Source: Tepidisphaerales bacterium
GTDB taxonomy: Bacteria; Planctomycetota; Phycisphaerae; Tepidisphaerales; Tepidisphaeraceae
Reading direction: 5' to 3'
DNA length: 64,000 nucleotides
Assembly (NCBI GenBank): GCA_038237225.1
Contig: JBBRYX010000025.1
Location: 915-64,914 of the forward strand
Below, in pieces: positions 26,112-35,789 of the stretch. Made by a program: the position numbers and the translations under genes. A model generated the notes under the pieces. The model worked only from the letters and a program-made list of their open reading frames with translations, was not told the origin of the DNA and made no database searches. Position 1 is the first letter of the stretch. Each line of letters opens with the position of its first letter.

Positions 26112-28184
26112 ATGGCCACCAAAAACCAACTCATTTCCCTTATCGATAAACGGCTCGACGTTACCCACTTCCGCGACCAGCATTGGGAGGGCACGTTCTG
26201 GGATTACCTCGACATCGTGCAGGACAATCCCGCCGTCTCGCGCAATGCGTTCCAGCGCGTCTACGACATGATCCTGACCTACGGGCATGAGCAGTACACG
26301 CAGTTCAAGCAGGAATACAACCGCTACAAATTCTTTGCCGATCCCGTCGATCACGGCACCGATGCGATCTATGGCCTCGAGCGCCCGCTCATGCAGCTCG
26401 TCGATTTCTTCAAGAGCGCCGCCCAGGGTTACGGCACCGAGCGCCGAATCCTGCTTCTGCATGGCCCCGTGGGATCGAGCAAGAGCACCATCGCCAGGCT
26501 GCTGAAAAAGGGTCTGGAATCCTACTCAAAGACCGATGCCGGCAAGGTCTACACCTACATGTGGCGCGTGCACCATCGCGGCCCAGTCGGCGATGAAGGT
26601 GAGACCTTCGTCGAGTGCCCGATGCACGAGGAGCCGCTGCTGCTGATCCCGCGCGAAGCGCGCCAGGAAGTTCTGGATGTGATCAACGAGAAGCTTCCGG
26701 ATGGCCGCAAGATCAGGCTCTACGGGGATGTATGCCCATTCTGCCGAAAGGTCTACGCGGATCTGCTCGAGCAATACGACGGCGATTGGAAAAAGGCAAT
26801 CGAGCACGTCAAGGTGAAGCGCCTGATCCTCAGCGAGAAAGATCGCCGTGGCATTGGCACCTTCCAGCCCAAGGATGAAAAGAACCAGGACAGCACCGAA
26901 CTGACCGGCGACATCAACTACCGCAAAATAGCCGAGTACGGCTCCGATTCAGATCCCCGCGCCTTCAACTTCGACGGAGAACTCAACATCGCCAATCGCG
27001 GCATCGTCGAGTTTATCGAAGTGCTCAAGCTCGATGTCGCGTTTCTCTACGACCTCCTCGGCGCCAGCCAGGAGCACATGATCAAGCCGAAGAAGTTCGC
27101 GCAGACCTATATCGATGAAGTCATCCTCGGCCACACCAACGAGCCCGAATACAAGAAGCTCCAGGGCAACGAAATGATGGAGGCGTTCCGCGATCGAACC
27201 ATCAAGATCGACGTGCCTTACAACGTGCGGCTCGATGATGAGGTGAAAATTTACCTGAAAGACTTCGGCCCGGAGAAAGTGAAGGGCGTGCACATCGCGC
27301 CGCACACGGTGGAAGTTGCCGCAATGTGGGCGGTACTGACCCGTCTCGCCGAACCCAAAAAAGCCGGCATCACCAAGCTTCAAAAGCTCAAGCTCTATAA
27401 CGGCAAGAGCATCCCCGGATTCACCGAGGACTCCATCAAGGAGCTTAAAGAAGAAGCGCCCCGCGAAGGAATGCAGGGCATCTCTCCGCGTTACATCCAG
27501 GACAAGATCAGCAACTCGCTCGTCTCTCACCAGGCCCAGATCGACAAGGGCATCAACCCCTTCATGGTTATGAACGAGTTGGAGGAGGGCCTGAGCCATC
27601 ACTCGCTGCTGACGGATGAAGAGCTCAAGAAGGAATACAAGGAGCTGCTCGCCGTCGTCCGCGAAGAATACGAAGACATCCTCAAGGGCGAGGTCCAGCG
27701 CGCCATCTCCGCCGACGAGGACGCCATCAAGCGACTCGCGACCAACTACATCGAAAGCGTCCGCGCCTACACCCAGCACGAAAGGGTCCGCAACCGTTAC
27801 ACCGGCCGTGACGAAGACCCCGATGAACGCCTCATGCGCTCCATCGAAGAGAAGATCGATATTCCCGACAGCCGAAAAGACGATTTCCGCCAGGAAATCA
27901 TGAACTACATCGGCGCCTTGGCCCTCGATGGCAAGAAGTTCGAATACAACACCAACGCCCGTCTGCTCAAGGCACTCGAGCTAAAGCTCTTCGAAGATCA
28001 GCGCGATACGATCAAGCTGAAGAACCTCGTCAGCAGCGTCGTCGATGACGAAACCCAACAGAAGATCGACGTGGTCAAGCAGAGACTGATCAAGTACTTC
28101 GGCTACAACGAGACCAGCGCCACGGATGTGCTGAATTATGTCGCGAGCATCTTTGCCCGAGGTGATAGTAAGCAGGAAGAGTAG
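26112..28184 (+). CDS. prkA: PrkA-family serine protein kinase (YeaG-like, AAA+ N-domain)
   Basis: Walker [14 protein letters not shown]. Conserved PrkA body of about 690 aa. Start set at the ATG 26112 ([10 protein letters not shown]). Confidence 0.9.
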   Translation: MATKNQLISLIDKRLDVTHFRDQHWEGTFWDYLDIVQDNPAVSRNAFQRVYDMILTYGHEQYTQFKQEYNRYKFFADPVDHGTDAIYGLERPLMQLVDFFKSAAQGYGTERRILLLHGPVGSSKSTIARLLKKGLESYSKTDAGKVYTYMWRVHHRGPVGDEGETFVECPMHEEPLLLIPREARQEVLDVINEKLPDGRKIRLYGDVCPFCRKVYADLLEQYDGDWKKAIEHVKVKRLILSEKDRRGIGTFQPKDEKNQDSTELTGDINYRKIAEYGSDSDPRAFNFDGELNIANRGIVEFIEVLKLDVAFLYDLLGASQEHMIKPKKFAQTYIDEVILGHTNEPEYKKLQGNEMMEAFRDRTIKIDVPYNVRLDDEVKIYLKDFGPEKVKGVHIAPHTVEVAAMWAVLTRLAEPKKAGITKLQKLKLYNGKSIPGFTEDSIKELKEEAPREGMQGISPRYIQDKISNSLVSHQAQIDKGINPFMVMNELEEGLSHHSLLTDEELKKEYKELLAVVREEYEDILKGEVQRAISADEDAIKRLATNYIESVRAYTQHERVRNRYTGRDEDPDERLMRSIEEKIDIPDSRKDDFRQEIMNYIGALALDGKKFEYNTNARLLKALELKLFEDQRDTIKLKNLVSSVVDDETQQKIDVVKQRLIKYFGYNETSATDVLNYVASIFARGDSKQEE

Positions 28185-28202
28185 TCAATTGAGGACGCCG
28201 GA

Positions 28203-28433
28203 ATGGACTTCAGTCTTCTTTCTGAAATTACCGAGGTTGAAGTCATTGCCATAGGACGAAAAATTCGAGAGCTAAAGCGCATTCAGCGCGCCTATGGCAA
28301 CGGGCGTTGGCGCAAGCTGAAAGGAAATGCGTTAGTTCGTCTGGTCGAAAGTGGCGAGATCCGCCGCGAGGAAATTCACTGGTATGAGGCTCATGGCATT
28401 GGTAAACGCGAAGTCAAAATCAAGTACCGCTAA
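28203..28433 (+). CDS. small hypothetical protein (76 aa), atypically low-GC codon usage
   Basis: 76-codon open frame in an AT-rich insert between prkA and yeaH. Coding status unproven. Confidence 0.3.
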   Translation: MDFSLLSEITEVEVIAIGRKIRELKRIQRAYGNGRWRKLKGNALVRLVESGEIRREEIHWYEAHGIGKREVKIKYR

Positions 28434-28659
28434 GTCCAAGGGAACCTCCGCAGGGTTCGTCCTTTGCATTGACAATGATGCGTACCCCGCATCCCTGGAG
28501 TTGGGCAAGGTCTATCGGACGCTTCGGACCCGAAAAAAGGATCCTGTGGGATGGGTGCGCGTCATCGATGAAAGCGGGGAAGATTATCTCTTTCCGGCGA
28601 AGAGATTCGTTCCCGTTCACATTCCCCCGAGAGGAAGACGTGTATTTGCATTCAGTTAA
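28393..28659 (+). CDS. small hypothetical protein, low GC, start uncertain (ORF track 28351..28659)
   Basis: Open frame overlapping the previous mini-ORF. Weak evidence. Confidence 0.2.
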   Translation: MALVNAKSKSSTAKSKGTSAGFVLCIDNDAYPASLELGKVYRTLRTRKKDPVGWVRVIDESGEDYLFPAKRFVPVHIPPRGRRVFAFS

Positions 28660-28665
28660 GAAGCC

Positions 28666-29769
28666 ATGATCCTCAAGATCGAAAAAGATCACCAGCGCTT
28701 CCGACAGATCGTCAAAGGCCGGATCCGTGAAGACCTGCGCAAATTCCTCACCAAGGGCGAACTAATCGGAAAGGAAGGCAAGCACCTCATCAGCATCCCC
28801 GTTCGCGGGATCGAGCTTCCCCACTTCCGCTATGGCGATAACTCCCAGGGCATCGGCGCGGGCGACGGCAAGGAAGGCGATGTCGTCGGCAAGGGTCAGC
28901 CCGGCTCCGGTAAATCCCAGGGCGGCACCGATCCCGGACAGCACATCATGGAGGTCGATCTCACCCTCGATGAGCTCGCGGAAATTCTCGCCGAGGAATT
29001 AAAGCTCCCCCGAATCGAGCCTAAAGGCAGTCACCGCATCACCACCATCCGCGACAAATACAGCTCCCTCCGTCGCGTCGGCCCTGAATCGCTCCGCCAC
29101 TTCAAGCGATCCTTCAAGGAAGCCCTCAAGCGCCAGATCATGCTCGGCGATTACGACCCCGACAATCCCACGATCATCCCCCAGAAAAAGGACATCCGTT
29201 ACCGATCGTGGAAGGAAGTGAAGTCGCCGCAATCCAATGCCGTGATTGTCTTCATGATGGACGTCTCCGGCTCCATGGGCGAAGAACAGAAGGAGCTTGT
29301 TCGCCTCGAAAGCTTCTGGATCGACACCTGGCTGCGCAAGAACTACGAAGGAATCGAGAGCCGCTATATCGTTCACGATGTCGCCGCCAGGGAAGTCGAC
29401 AAACACACCTTCTATCACCTCCGAGAAGACGGCGGCACCAAGATCAGCTCCGCCTTCAAGTGCGCCAGGCAACTGCTCGATTCCCACTACTCCAAAGACG
29501 AGTGGAACATCTACCTCTTCCACTTCTCCGACGGCGACAATTCCTCCGAAGCCGATTCCCGCGATTGCGTCAAGCTCCTCAAGGAACAGCTCCTTCCCCT
29601 CTCCAACATGTTCGGCTACTGCCAGGTCGCCAGCGCCTACGGCTCCGGAAACTTCATCAACGTCCTGCACGAGCATCTGCGCAATCACGAAAGAGTGCTG
29701 ACCAGCCGGGTGAATTCCAAGGATGACATTTACGATTCGATCAAGACGTTTTTCGGGAAGGGGCATTGA
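28666..29769 (+). CDS. YeaH/YhbH family protein (DUF444, vWA-like)
   Basis: Length and motifs (ISIPVRGIELPHFRYG, FMMDVSGSMG) match the partner of PrkA in the conserved prkA-yeaH-ycgB operon. Confidence 0.85.
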   Translation: MILKIEKDHQRFRQIVKGRIREDLRKFLTKGELIGKEGKHLISIPVRGIELPHFRYGDNSQGIGAGDGKEGDVVGKGQPGSGKSQGGTDPGQHIMEVDLTLDELAEILAEELKLPRIEPKGSHRITTIRDKYSSLRRVGPESLRHFKRSFKEALKRQIMLGDYDPDNPTIIPQKKDIRYRSWKEVKSPQSNAVIVFMMDVSGSMGEEQKELVRLESFWIDTWLRKNYEGIESRYIVHDVAAREVDKHTFYHLREDGGTKISSAFKCARQLLDSHYSKDEWNIYLFHFSDGDNSSEADSRDCVKLLKEQLLPLSNMFGYCQVASAYGSGNFINVLHEHLRNHERVLTSRVNSKDDIYDSIKTFFGKGH

Positions 29770-29851
29770 AGCTATGCCGCTGGAGAGAATTGCGTTGATA
29801 TAGCGATGGACGGATAAGACCCTATGGCGGGCGTCGGCCGCCCGATCAATC

Positions 29852-30403
29852 ATGAGCATCACCACAAAGCCCATCACTTCTGAAGAACTTTTCGCCATGG
29901 GCGACATCGGTCGCTGCGAACTGGTGAGAGGGGAGATCATTCACATGTCACCTGCGGGAGCGGAGCACGGAGATATCGCGGCGCAAATGCTGGGGTTAAT
30001 CTGGGACTTTGTGCATGAGCGCAAGCTGGGAAAGGTGTATGCGGCGGAAACCGGCTTCACTATTCAGCGCAATCCTGACACGACACGCGCGCCGGATGTT
30101 GGATTTGTTCGTAGCGAACGCGTGCCGCCATCCGGGAAAAGAGGGTATTTCGAGGGTCCGCCCGACTTGGCCATCGAGGTGGTTTCGTTCAATGACCTGG
30201 CCTCGGAGCTTAGTGAAAAAGTCGAACACTGGTTGCACGCGGGCACGATCTCAGTGTGGGTCGTCGATCCGCGAACGCGGACCCTTGATGTCTATGGTCG
30301 CGGCCGGGAGTTCATACGATACCGCGGCACCGATGAATTGCGCAACGAGCCGACTCTTCCAGGATTTATATTGAAGCTTCCAGACTTGTTCGACCCATCA
30401 TGA
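29852..30403 (+). CDS. Uma2 family endonuclease (DUF820)
   Basis: Motifs GRCELVRGEIIHMSPAG.EHG and DLAIEVVS typical of Uma2/DUF820. Inserted between yeaH and spoVR. Confidence 0.75.
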   Translation: MSITTKPITSEELFAMGDIGRCELVRGEIIHMSPAGAEHGDIAAQMLGLIWDFVHERKLGKVYAAETGFTIQRNPDTTRAPDVGFVRSERVPPSGKRGYFEGPPDLAIEVVSFNDLASELSEKVEHWLHAGTISVWVVDPRTRTLDVYGRGREFIRYRGTDELRNEPTLPGFILKLPDLFDPS

Positions 30404-30404
30404 C

Positions 30405-30650
30405 ATGAGACGCCTGCCGAATAAGCATGCTCGCCGCTCCTTCTGGACTCCTACGCGATTCGAGTTTGCGATTTGCGTACTTCTGGTCGCGCTTTGGCTC
30501 GCTGGGATCGTTGTGGTCATCCGCCACGAGCAGGCGGGATTGTGGTTATCGGCCGCGTACGTCCTGCTGTCGATCATCGGCGCGTGCATCTCCTGGCTTC
30601 TCGTCTGGCCGCTGCTGCGGATCCTGATTCATGCGATGGGGAATGAGTAA
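30405..30650 (+). CDS. small two-TM membrane protein, hypothetical
   Basis: 81-aa ORF with two hydrophobic segments, 1 nt after the Uma2 stop and ending 2 nt before spoVR. Confidence 0.4.
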   Translation: MRRLPNKHARRSFWTPTRFEFAICVLLVALWLAGIVVVIRHEQAGLWLSAAYVLLSIIGACISWLLVWPLLRILIHAMGNE

Positions 30651-30652
30651 CC

Positions 30653-32188
30653 ATGCCCTCTCAAACGCTAAACCCCTTCCCCCCCGAACTCCTCGCCGCC
30701 AAGAAGCAAATCCGCGCGCAGGCGCGTAACTATGGTCTCGATTCTTTCGACACCATCTTCGAGATGTGCGACTACGAAACCATGAACCAGATCGCCGCGT
30801 ACGGCGGATTCCCGCAGCGCTATCCGCACTGGCGCTTCGGCGCCGAATACGAATCGCTTCGCAAGCGCCATCATTACGGTCTCGGCCGCATCTACGAGAT
30901 GGTCATCAACAACGACCCCTGCTACGCCTACCTTCAGGAATCAAATCAGCTTGTCGATCAGAAGCTCGTCATCGCTCACGTCTATGGCCACTCGGACTTC
31001 TTCAAGAACAACCTTTGGTTCGCCCGGACCAACCGCAAAATGATGGATGAGATGGCGAACCACTCCACCCACGTCCGCAAGCACATCGAAAAACACGGTT
31101 ACGACACCGTCGAGCGCTGGATGGATGTCTGCCTCAGCATCGAAGATCTCATTGATCCGCATTCCATGTTTCTCAACCGCGGTCCGATGGAGCAGAAAAA
31201 GACCGAACCCAAGCGCGAGGAGTCCACCGGAAAATTCAAGTCCGGCAAGGACTACATGGACCGCTGGATCAATCCCCCCGACGTGATCGCCGCGGAAGAA
31301 AAAAAGCTAAGGGACGACCGCGCCAAGATGCGTCACGCAACGCCCGCGCGTCCGACACGCGACATTCTCCAGTATCTTCTCGACAATGCCCGGATGGACG
31401 ATTGGCAGGCCGACTGCCTTTCAATCGTCCGCGAAGAAGCCTACTACTTCGCGCCGCAAGGCATGACCAAAGTCATGAACGAAGGCTGGGCCAGCTTCTG
31501 GCACTCCATGCTCATGACCCGCCACTTCGTTGAAGCCAGGGAAATCATCGATTACGCCGACCACCACTCCGGCACCGTCCACATGCCGCCCGGAAACTTC
31601 AATCCCTACAAGATCGGCATCGAGCTTTTCCGCGATATCGAAGATCGCTGGAACAAGGGCAAGTTCGGCAAAGACTACGAAGAAGCCGACGATCTCGGCG
31701 CTAAAAAGCGCTGGGACAAAGGCCTCGGCCTCGGTCGCGAAAAAATCTTCGAAGTCCGTCGCGTCTACAACGACGTCAACTTCATCGATGAGTTCATGAC
31801 CCCCGAGTTCATCGAGAAGCACAAGTTTTACCAGTACGGCCGCGACCCCCACACCGGCCAACTCCGCATCGTCAGCCGCGATCCCATTCGCATCAAGCAA
31901 ACGATGCTCTACCAACTGACCAACCTGGGCCGCCCGTTCATCTACGTCGTCGATGGCAACTACAAAAACGCCCGCGAGCTTTACATGGTCCACAAGCACA
32001 ACGGCCTGGATCTCGAAATCAAGTACGCCATCGAAACCCTGAAAAACGTCCACAAAATCTGGCAGCGCCCCGTCCACCTCCAGGCGCGCATCGACGACGA
32101 CATGATCCTCTTCAGCTTCGCCGGCGATCAACCGATGCAGCAGACGATTCATGATGACCTCCCGCCGCCGGCGCATCATGTGGTATAA
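30653..32188 (+). CDS. spoVR: SpoVR family protein (YcgB-like)
   Basis: 511 aa. Motifs HVYGHSDFFKNN and YFAPQGMTKVMNEGWASFWH are typical of SpoVR/YcgB. Confidence 0.9.
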   Translation: MPSQTLNPFPPELLAAKKQIRAQARNYGLDSFDTIFEMCDYETMNQIAAYGGFPQRYPHWRFGAEYESLRKRHHYGLGRIYEMVINNDPCYAYLQESNQLVDQKLVIAHVYGHSDFFKNNLWFARTNRKMMDEMANHSTHVRKHIEKHGYDTVERWMDVCLSIEDLIDPHSMFLNRGPMEQKKTEPKREESTGKFKSGKDYMDRWINPPDVIAAEEKKLRDDRAKMRHATPARPTRDILQYLLDNARMDDWQADCLSIVREEAYYFAPQGMTKVMNEGWASFWHSMLMTRHFVEAREIIDYADHHSGTVHMPPGNFNPYKIGIELFRDIEDRWNKGKFGKDYEEADDLGAKKRWDKGLGLGREKIFEVRRVYNDVNFIDEFMTPEFIEKHKFYQYGRDPHTGQLRIVSRDPIRIKQTMLYQLTNLGRPFIYVVDGNYKNARELYMVHKHNGLDLEIKYAIETLKNVHKIWQRPVHLQARIDDDMILFSFAGDQPMQQTIHDDLPPPAHHVV

Positions 32189-32190
32189 TA

Positions 32191-32415
32191 ATGGTTATGA
32201 CGGAACTGATGGGAAAGGTGTTCGAGGTTTTGCGGTCTTTGCCGGAAGATCAGCAGGACGCGGTGGCTCGTTTCGTTCTTTCCGAATTGGAGGATGATCG
32301 CAAGTGGTCGGAGACTTCGCGCAAGCATGCCGAGGAGTTGAGGAAACTTGCCGACGAGGCAGCGGATGATTTTCGCGCTGGGCGCACTTCCGAGCTGGAT
32401 CCGGAGACGCTTTGA
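32191..32415 (+). CDS. putative type II antitoxin (acidic, 74 aa)
   Basis: Small acidic ORF whose stop overlaps the start of the downstream RelE/ParE-like toxin (ATGA). Confidence 0.5.
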   Translation: MVMTELMGKVFEVLRSLPEDQQDAVARFVLSELEDDRKWSETSRKHAEELRKLADEAADDFRAGRTSELDPETL

Positions 32416-32681
32416 TTTCACACGTCAATGTCCGGTTCAGAAACCATTTTGCGAGGCTTCCGGGGCGAATCAAGAAGCAAGCGCGAAGCGCGTATCGTCG
32501 CTTCAAAACCGACAGCGGTCACCGGAGCCTGGAGTTCAAGAAGCTTCCGCCCCACGACGACATCTGGTCCGTCCGTGTAACCGACCAATATCGCGCCGTT
32601 GGACAGCGACAAGGCGAGGTTGTTGTTTGGTTCTTTATCGGCAGCCACGCTGAATATGACGCGCTGCTGGCTCGATTATGA
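32412..32681 (+). CDS. RelE/ParE-family type II toxin
   Basis: C-terminal ...SVRVTDQYRAVGQRQGEVVVWFFIGSHAEY matches the RelE/ParE fold signature. Confidence 0.6.
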   Translation: MISHVNVRFRNHFARLPGRIKKQARSAYRRFKTDSGHRSLEFKKLPPHDDIWSVRVTDQYRAVGQRQGEVVVWFFIGSHAEYDALLARL

Positions 32682-33070
32682 ACGCATTGCGCAGGCGGTG
32701 TTTTCCGCGGCATCGATTGCTCACTAAACGACGCGAGATTACGATTTTGTTGTGAGCGCCGTCATCAAAAGCAGAAGCTTTGCCCGGTTTGTCGCCGTAG
32801 CGTCTACGCAGAGCGTCCCCTGGCAATCGGGGGCGGCAGGGGTTGCCTTCTGACGATCCTTGACCGTGGGCGTTTTTCTCCCAATCTGGCTTCTGCTTGC
32901 GTTTATCTATTTGTTTCGCGCATACCGCTGCCCGATCTGCGGTTCCGAATGCGCCCGAAAATCGCCGCATTACGACGATCAGATGCCTCTCGAGCCGAGA
33001 TAGTTCCTCCAACCCGGCATAGTCAAATCAATCCGAGGCGGCTTTCAGCCGCCGGTGGTACAATCTCATC

Positions 33071-33664
33071 ATGAGCCTCCCAGTCCAGCAGCATCGGTAC
33101 ACGATCGAGGAGTATCTCCGAATCGAGAACGACTCCTCCGATCGCCACGAGTATTTCGATGGCGAAGTCATCGCGATGGCAGGGGGAACGCCGCAGCATA
33201 GCCTGATCATTTCCAACATCATTGGCGAGACAAGAGCCAGGCTGAAGGGCTCCCACTGCCGCGTCTACGATGCGAATCTGCGTGTGCGTGTGCCCCGCAA
33301 GCAGCTTTACGTGTACCCGGATGCGACGGTCATCTGTGGCCCACCGGAATTCGACGCGAACGATCGCAGTCAGCTCACGGTCGTCAATCCGCGTGTGATC
33401 TTCGAGGTGCTTTCCGCTTCCACCGAAAACCGCGACTACGGTATCAAGTTCCGGCGATATCTCGAGTGCCCGACGCTCGATGAATACGTCATCGTCGCGC
33501 AAGACATCCCGAGTGTTCAGACATGCTTCCGCCAGTCGGACGGCACTTGGCTCCTCACTCCGATTTCTGACCTGAACTCGCAGATTGCGCTGCGATCCAT
33601 CAAGATTAGCCTGCCGATGGCCGAAGTTTATGCGGGGGTTGAGTTCCCGTCTCCGGAGACATAA
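33071..33664 (+). CDS. Uma2 family endonuclease (DUF820)
   Basis: EYFDGEVIAMAGGTPQHSLIISNIIGE and PRVIFEVLSAST motifs. Confidence 0.75.
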   Translation: MSLPVQQHRYTIEEYLRIENDSSDRHEYFDGEVIAMAGGTPQHSLIISNIIGETRARLKGSHCRVYDANLRVRVPRKQLYVYPDATVICGPPEFDANDRSQLTVVNPRVIFEVLSASTENRDYGIKFRRYLECPTLDEYVIVAQDIPSVQTCFRQSDGTWLLTPISDLNSQIALRSIKISLPMAEVYAGVEFPSPET

Positions 33665-33671
33665 TTCATTC

Positions 33672-34280
33672 ATGACGCTCCCGCCCCAACCTCGTCTACA
33701 CTCGATTGAAGACTACCTCAGCGCCGAGCGCGACTCGGAGGTGAAGCACGAATATTGTGATGGTGAGATCGTCGCCATGGCCGGGGGGACTCGCGACCAC
33801 GCGCTGATCGCGACCAATTTTCTTCGCGAAATTGGTAACGCCCTCAAAGGCAAGCCCTGCCGCGTTTACGGAAGCGACTTGAAAGTTGCAATAACCAAAC
33901 GCAGGCACATCACCTACCCCGACGGCTCCATCATCTGCGGCCCCGCCGAATTCCATCCCGCGGCCGGTGCGATGCGCGATGTCATTACCAACCCCCGGGT
34001 GCTGATCGAGGTGCTTTCGCCAACAACCGAGCAATACGATCGCACAACCAAGTTCGATCGCTACCGCCAGATCGATTCATTCGAGGAATACGTTCTGGTG
34101 TCCCAACAGTCGCACCGCGTAGAGACCTACCGCCGCTTTCCGGACCGCTCCTGGCGATTTGAGGTGTCTGCCGGATCAGAGGCCGTTGCTCGCCTCGCCA
34201 CGGTGGCAGTCGACGTGCCCTTAGCGGAAATCTACGCTGGAGCAGAACTTACCCCACCCGCGTCCACTCAAGCGGACTAG
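33672..34280 (+). CDS. Uma2 family endonuclease (DUF820)
   Basis: ORF track gives 33585..34280. Start moved to the ATG at 33672 (MTLPPQPRLHSIEDYL..EYCDGEIVAMAGGTRDHALIATNF). Paralog of the preceding gene. Confidence 0.75.
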   Translation: MTLPPQPRLHSIEDYLSAERDSEVKHEYCDGEIVAMAGGTRDHALIATNFLREIGNALKGKPCRVYGSDLKVAITKRRHITYPDGSIICGPAEFHPAAGAMRDVITNPRVLIEVLSPTTEQYDRTTKFDRYRQIDSFEEYVLVSQQSHRVETYRRFPDRSWRFEVSAGSEAVARLATVAVDVPLAEIYAGAELTPPASTQAD

Positions 34281-34464
34281 ACTAGCCCCCGCGAGCCCCC
34301 CTTCCCGATGAGCCGCGACCGAAGGGAGCGCTATCCGTCCGCAAAACAGATCGCGGTTTCGTCATCTATCAAATCCCACTGCTCCCGTCCCCAACCCTCT
34401 TCTTCCCCCCATCACGTTTCACGTTCCACGTTTCCCATTTCCTATTTCACGGTATCATCCCCCC

Positions 34465-35697
34465 ATGCACGTCGTCATCTACGAAGGCCGTGCCTGGCCC
34501 ACCTTCGCTCCGCTCTGCCTCAACCGACCCGTCTTCATGCTGTCCACCGGCATGGCCACCCTCTTCGACAAACAAATCCGCTATCTCAACGCCAGCCGCA
34601 TCACCCTCTGGGTCCGCCCCGAACTCGTCGAATTCTGCCGCACCCGAGTCATCCCCCAATTAAAAATCCCCGCCACCGTCAACACCCCATTGGATGACCA
34701 GCCCGCGCTTCTTGTTTCCGGCCGAACCCTCCTCTTCCGCCCCTTCACGCCACCCGCGATCGAATGTGTGTCGATGGAGGACGACCACATCCGCATCGCC
34801 CACGCCACGCGCCCCGGCCTCAGTCACGAAGACGTCATGAACCGCACCGACCGCTGGCTCGAACTCACGAACCTCGAGCAGGTCGAGCCCGAAGCCCGCC
34901 TCGTCCAGTCCCTCGCCGATCTCATTAGCTGGAACGAAGAATCCCTCATCGAAGATTCCATCCACCTCCTCAAGGGCGCCAAAAAACCCCCAATGATCGG
35001 CCCCTTCACCTTGATCGAGGAAGACGACATCTGGATCGGCGACGACGCCACCATCCAGCCCGGCGTTATCCTCGACGCCTCCCGAGGCCCCATCGTCATC
35101 GGCACCGGCACCAAAATCGGCGCCAACTCCGTCATCGAAGGACCTTGCTACATCGGCCCCGCCGCACAGGTCCGTCCGCTAAGCTACATCAAAGACGCCT
35201 GCACCATCGGCCGGCTCTGCAAAGTCGGCGGCGAAGTCAACAACTCCATCATGCTCGGCCACTCCAACAAAGCCCACGACGGATTCCTCGGTCACTCCTA
35301 TCTGGGCAAATGGGTCAACCTCGGCGCCGGTACCACCACCGCAAACCTCAAAAGCACCTACGGCACCATCAGCCTCAACGTAGGCTCCAAAGAAATCCCC
35401 ACCGACCGCCAGTTCCTCGGCACCCTTATCGGCGACCACGTCAAAACCGCCATCAACACCCGACTCATGCCCGGTACCTACATCGGATTCTGCACAACAT
35501 TGGCCGGCTCCTCCATCGCCCCCCGCTTCTTGCCATCCTTCACCTTCTGGTCCGACAAAGGCACAGAACCCATGAACATCGACGTCGCCAAACGAACCAT
35601 GAAAGCCGTCTACGCCAGAAGAGACATCCGCTGGACTGAAGGCGATGAGAAAATGGTAACCCAGGTCCAACAAACCGCGCCGGAGGTGGAGACGTAG
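34465..35697 (+). CDS. putative sugar nucleotidyltransferase with left-handed beta-helix (LbH) domain, GlmU-like
   Basis: C-terminal hexapeptide-repeat region (IGDDATIQPGVILD..IGTGTKIGANSVIEG..IGRLCKVGGEVNNS). Resembles the alternative bacterial GlmU-type family. Function is tentative. Confidence 0.55.
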   Translation: MHVVIYEGRAWPTFAPLCLNRPVFMLSTGMATLFDKQIRYLNASRITLWVRPELVEFCRTRVIPQLKIPATVNTPLDDQPALLVSGRTLLFRPFTPPAIECVSMEDDHIRIAHATRPGLSHEDVMNRTDRWLELTNLEQVEPEARLVQSLADLISWNEESLIEDSIHLLKGAKKPPMIGPFTLIEEDDIWIGDDATIQPGVILDASRGPIVIGTGTKIGANSVIEGPCYIGPAAQVRPLSYIKDACTIGRLCKVGGEVNNSIMLGHSNKAHDGFLGHSYLGKWVNLGAGTTTANLKSTYGTISLNVGSKEIPTDRQFLGTLIGDHVKTAINTRLMPGTYIGFCTTLAGSSIAPRFLPSFTFWSDKGTEPMNIDVAKRTMKAVYARRDIRWTEGDEKMVTQVQQTAPEVET

Positions 35698-35789
35698 AGC
35701 GATCCTCGCATCGGTCTCCTCTCAAGCTCCTATGACCTCTCGCGCGATGGGACATTGGCTTTGTGAACAGGAGATTTTCTTGAATCGTG

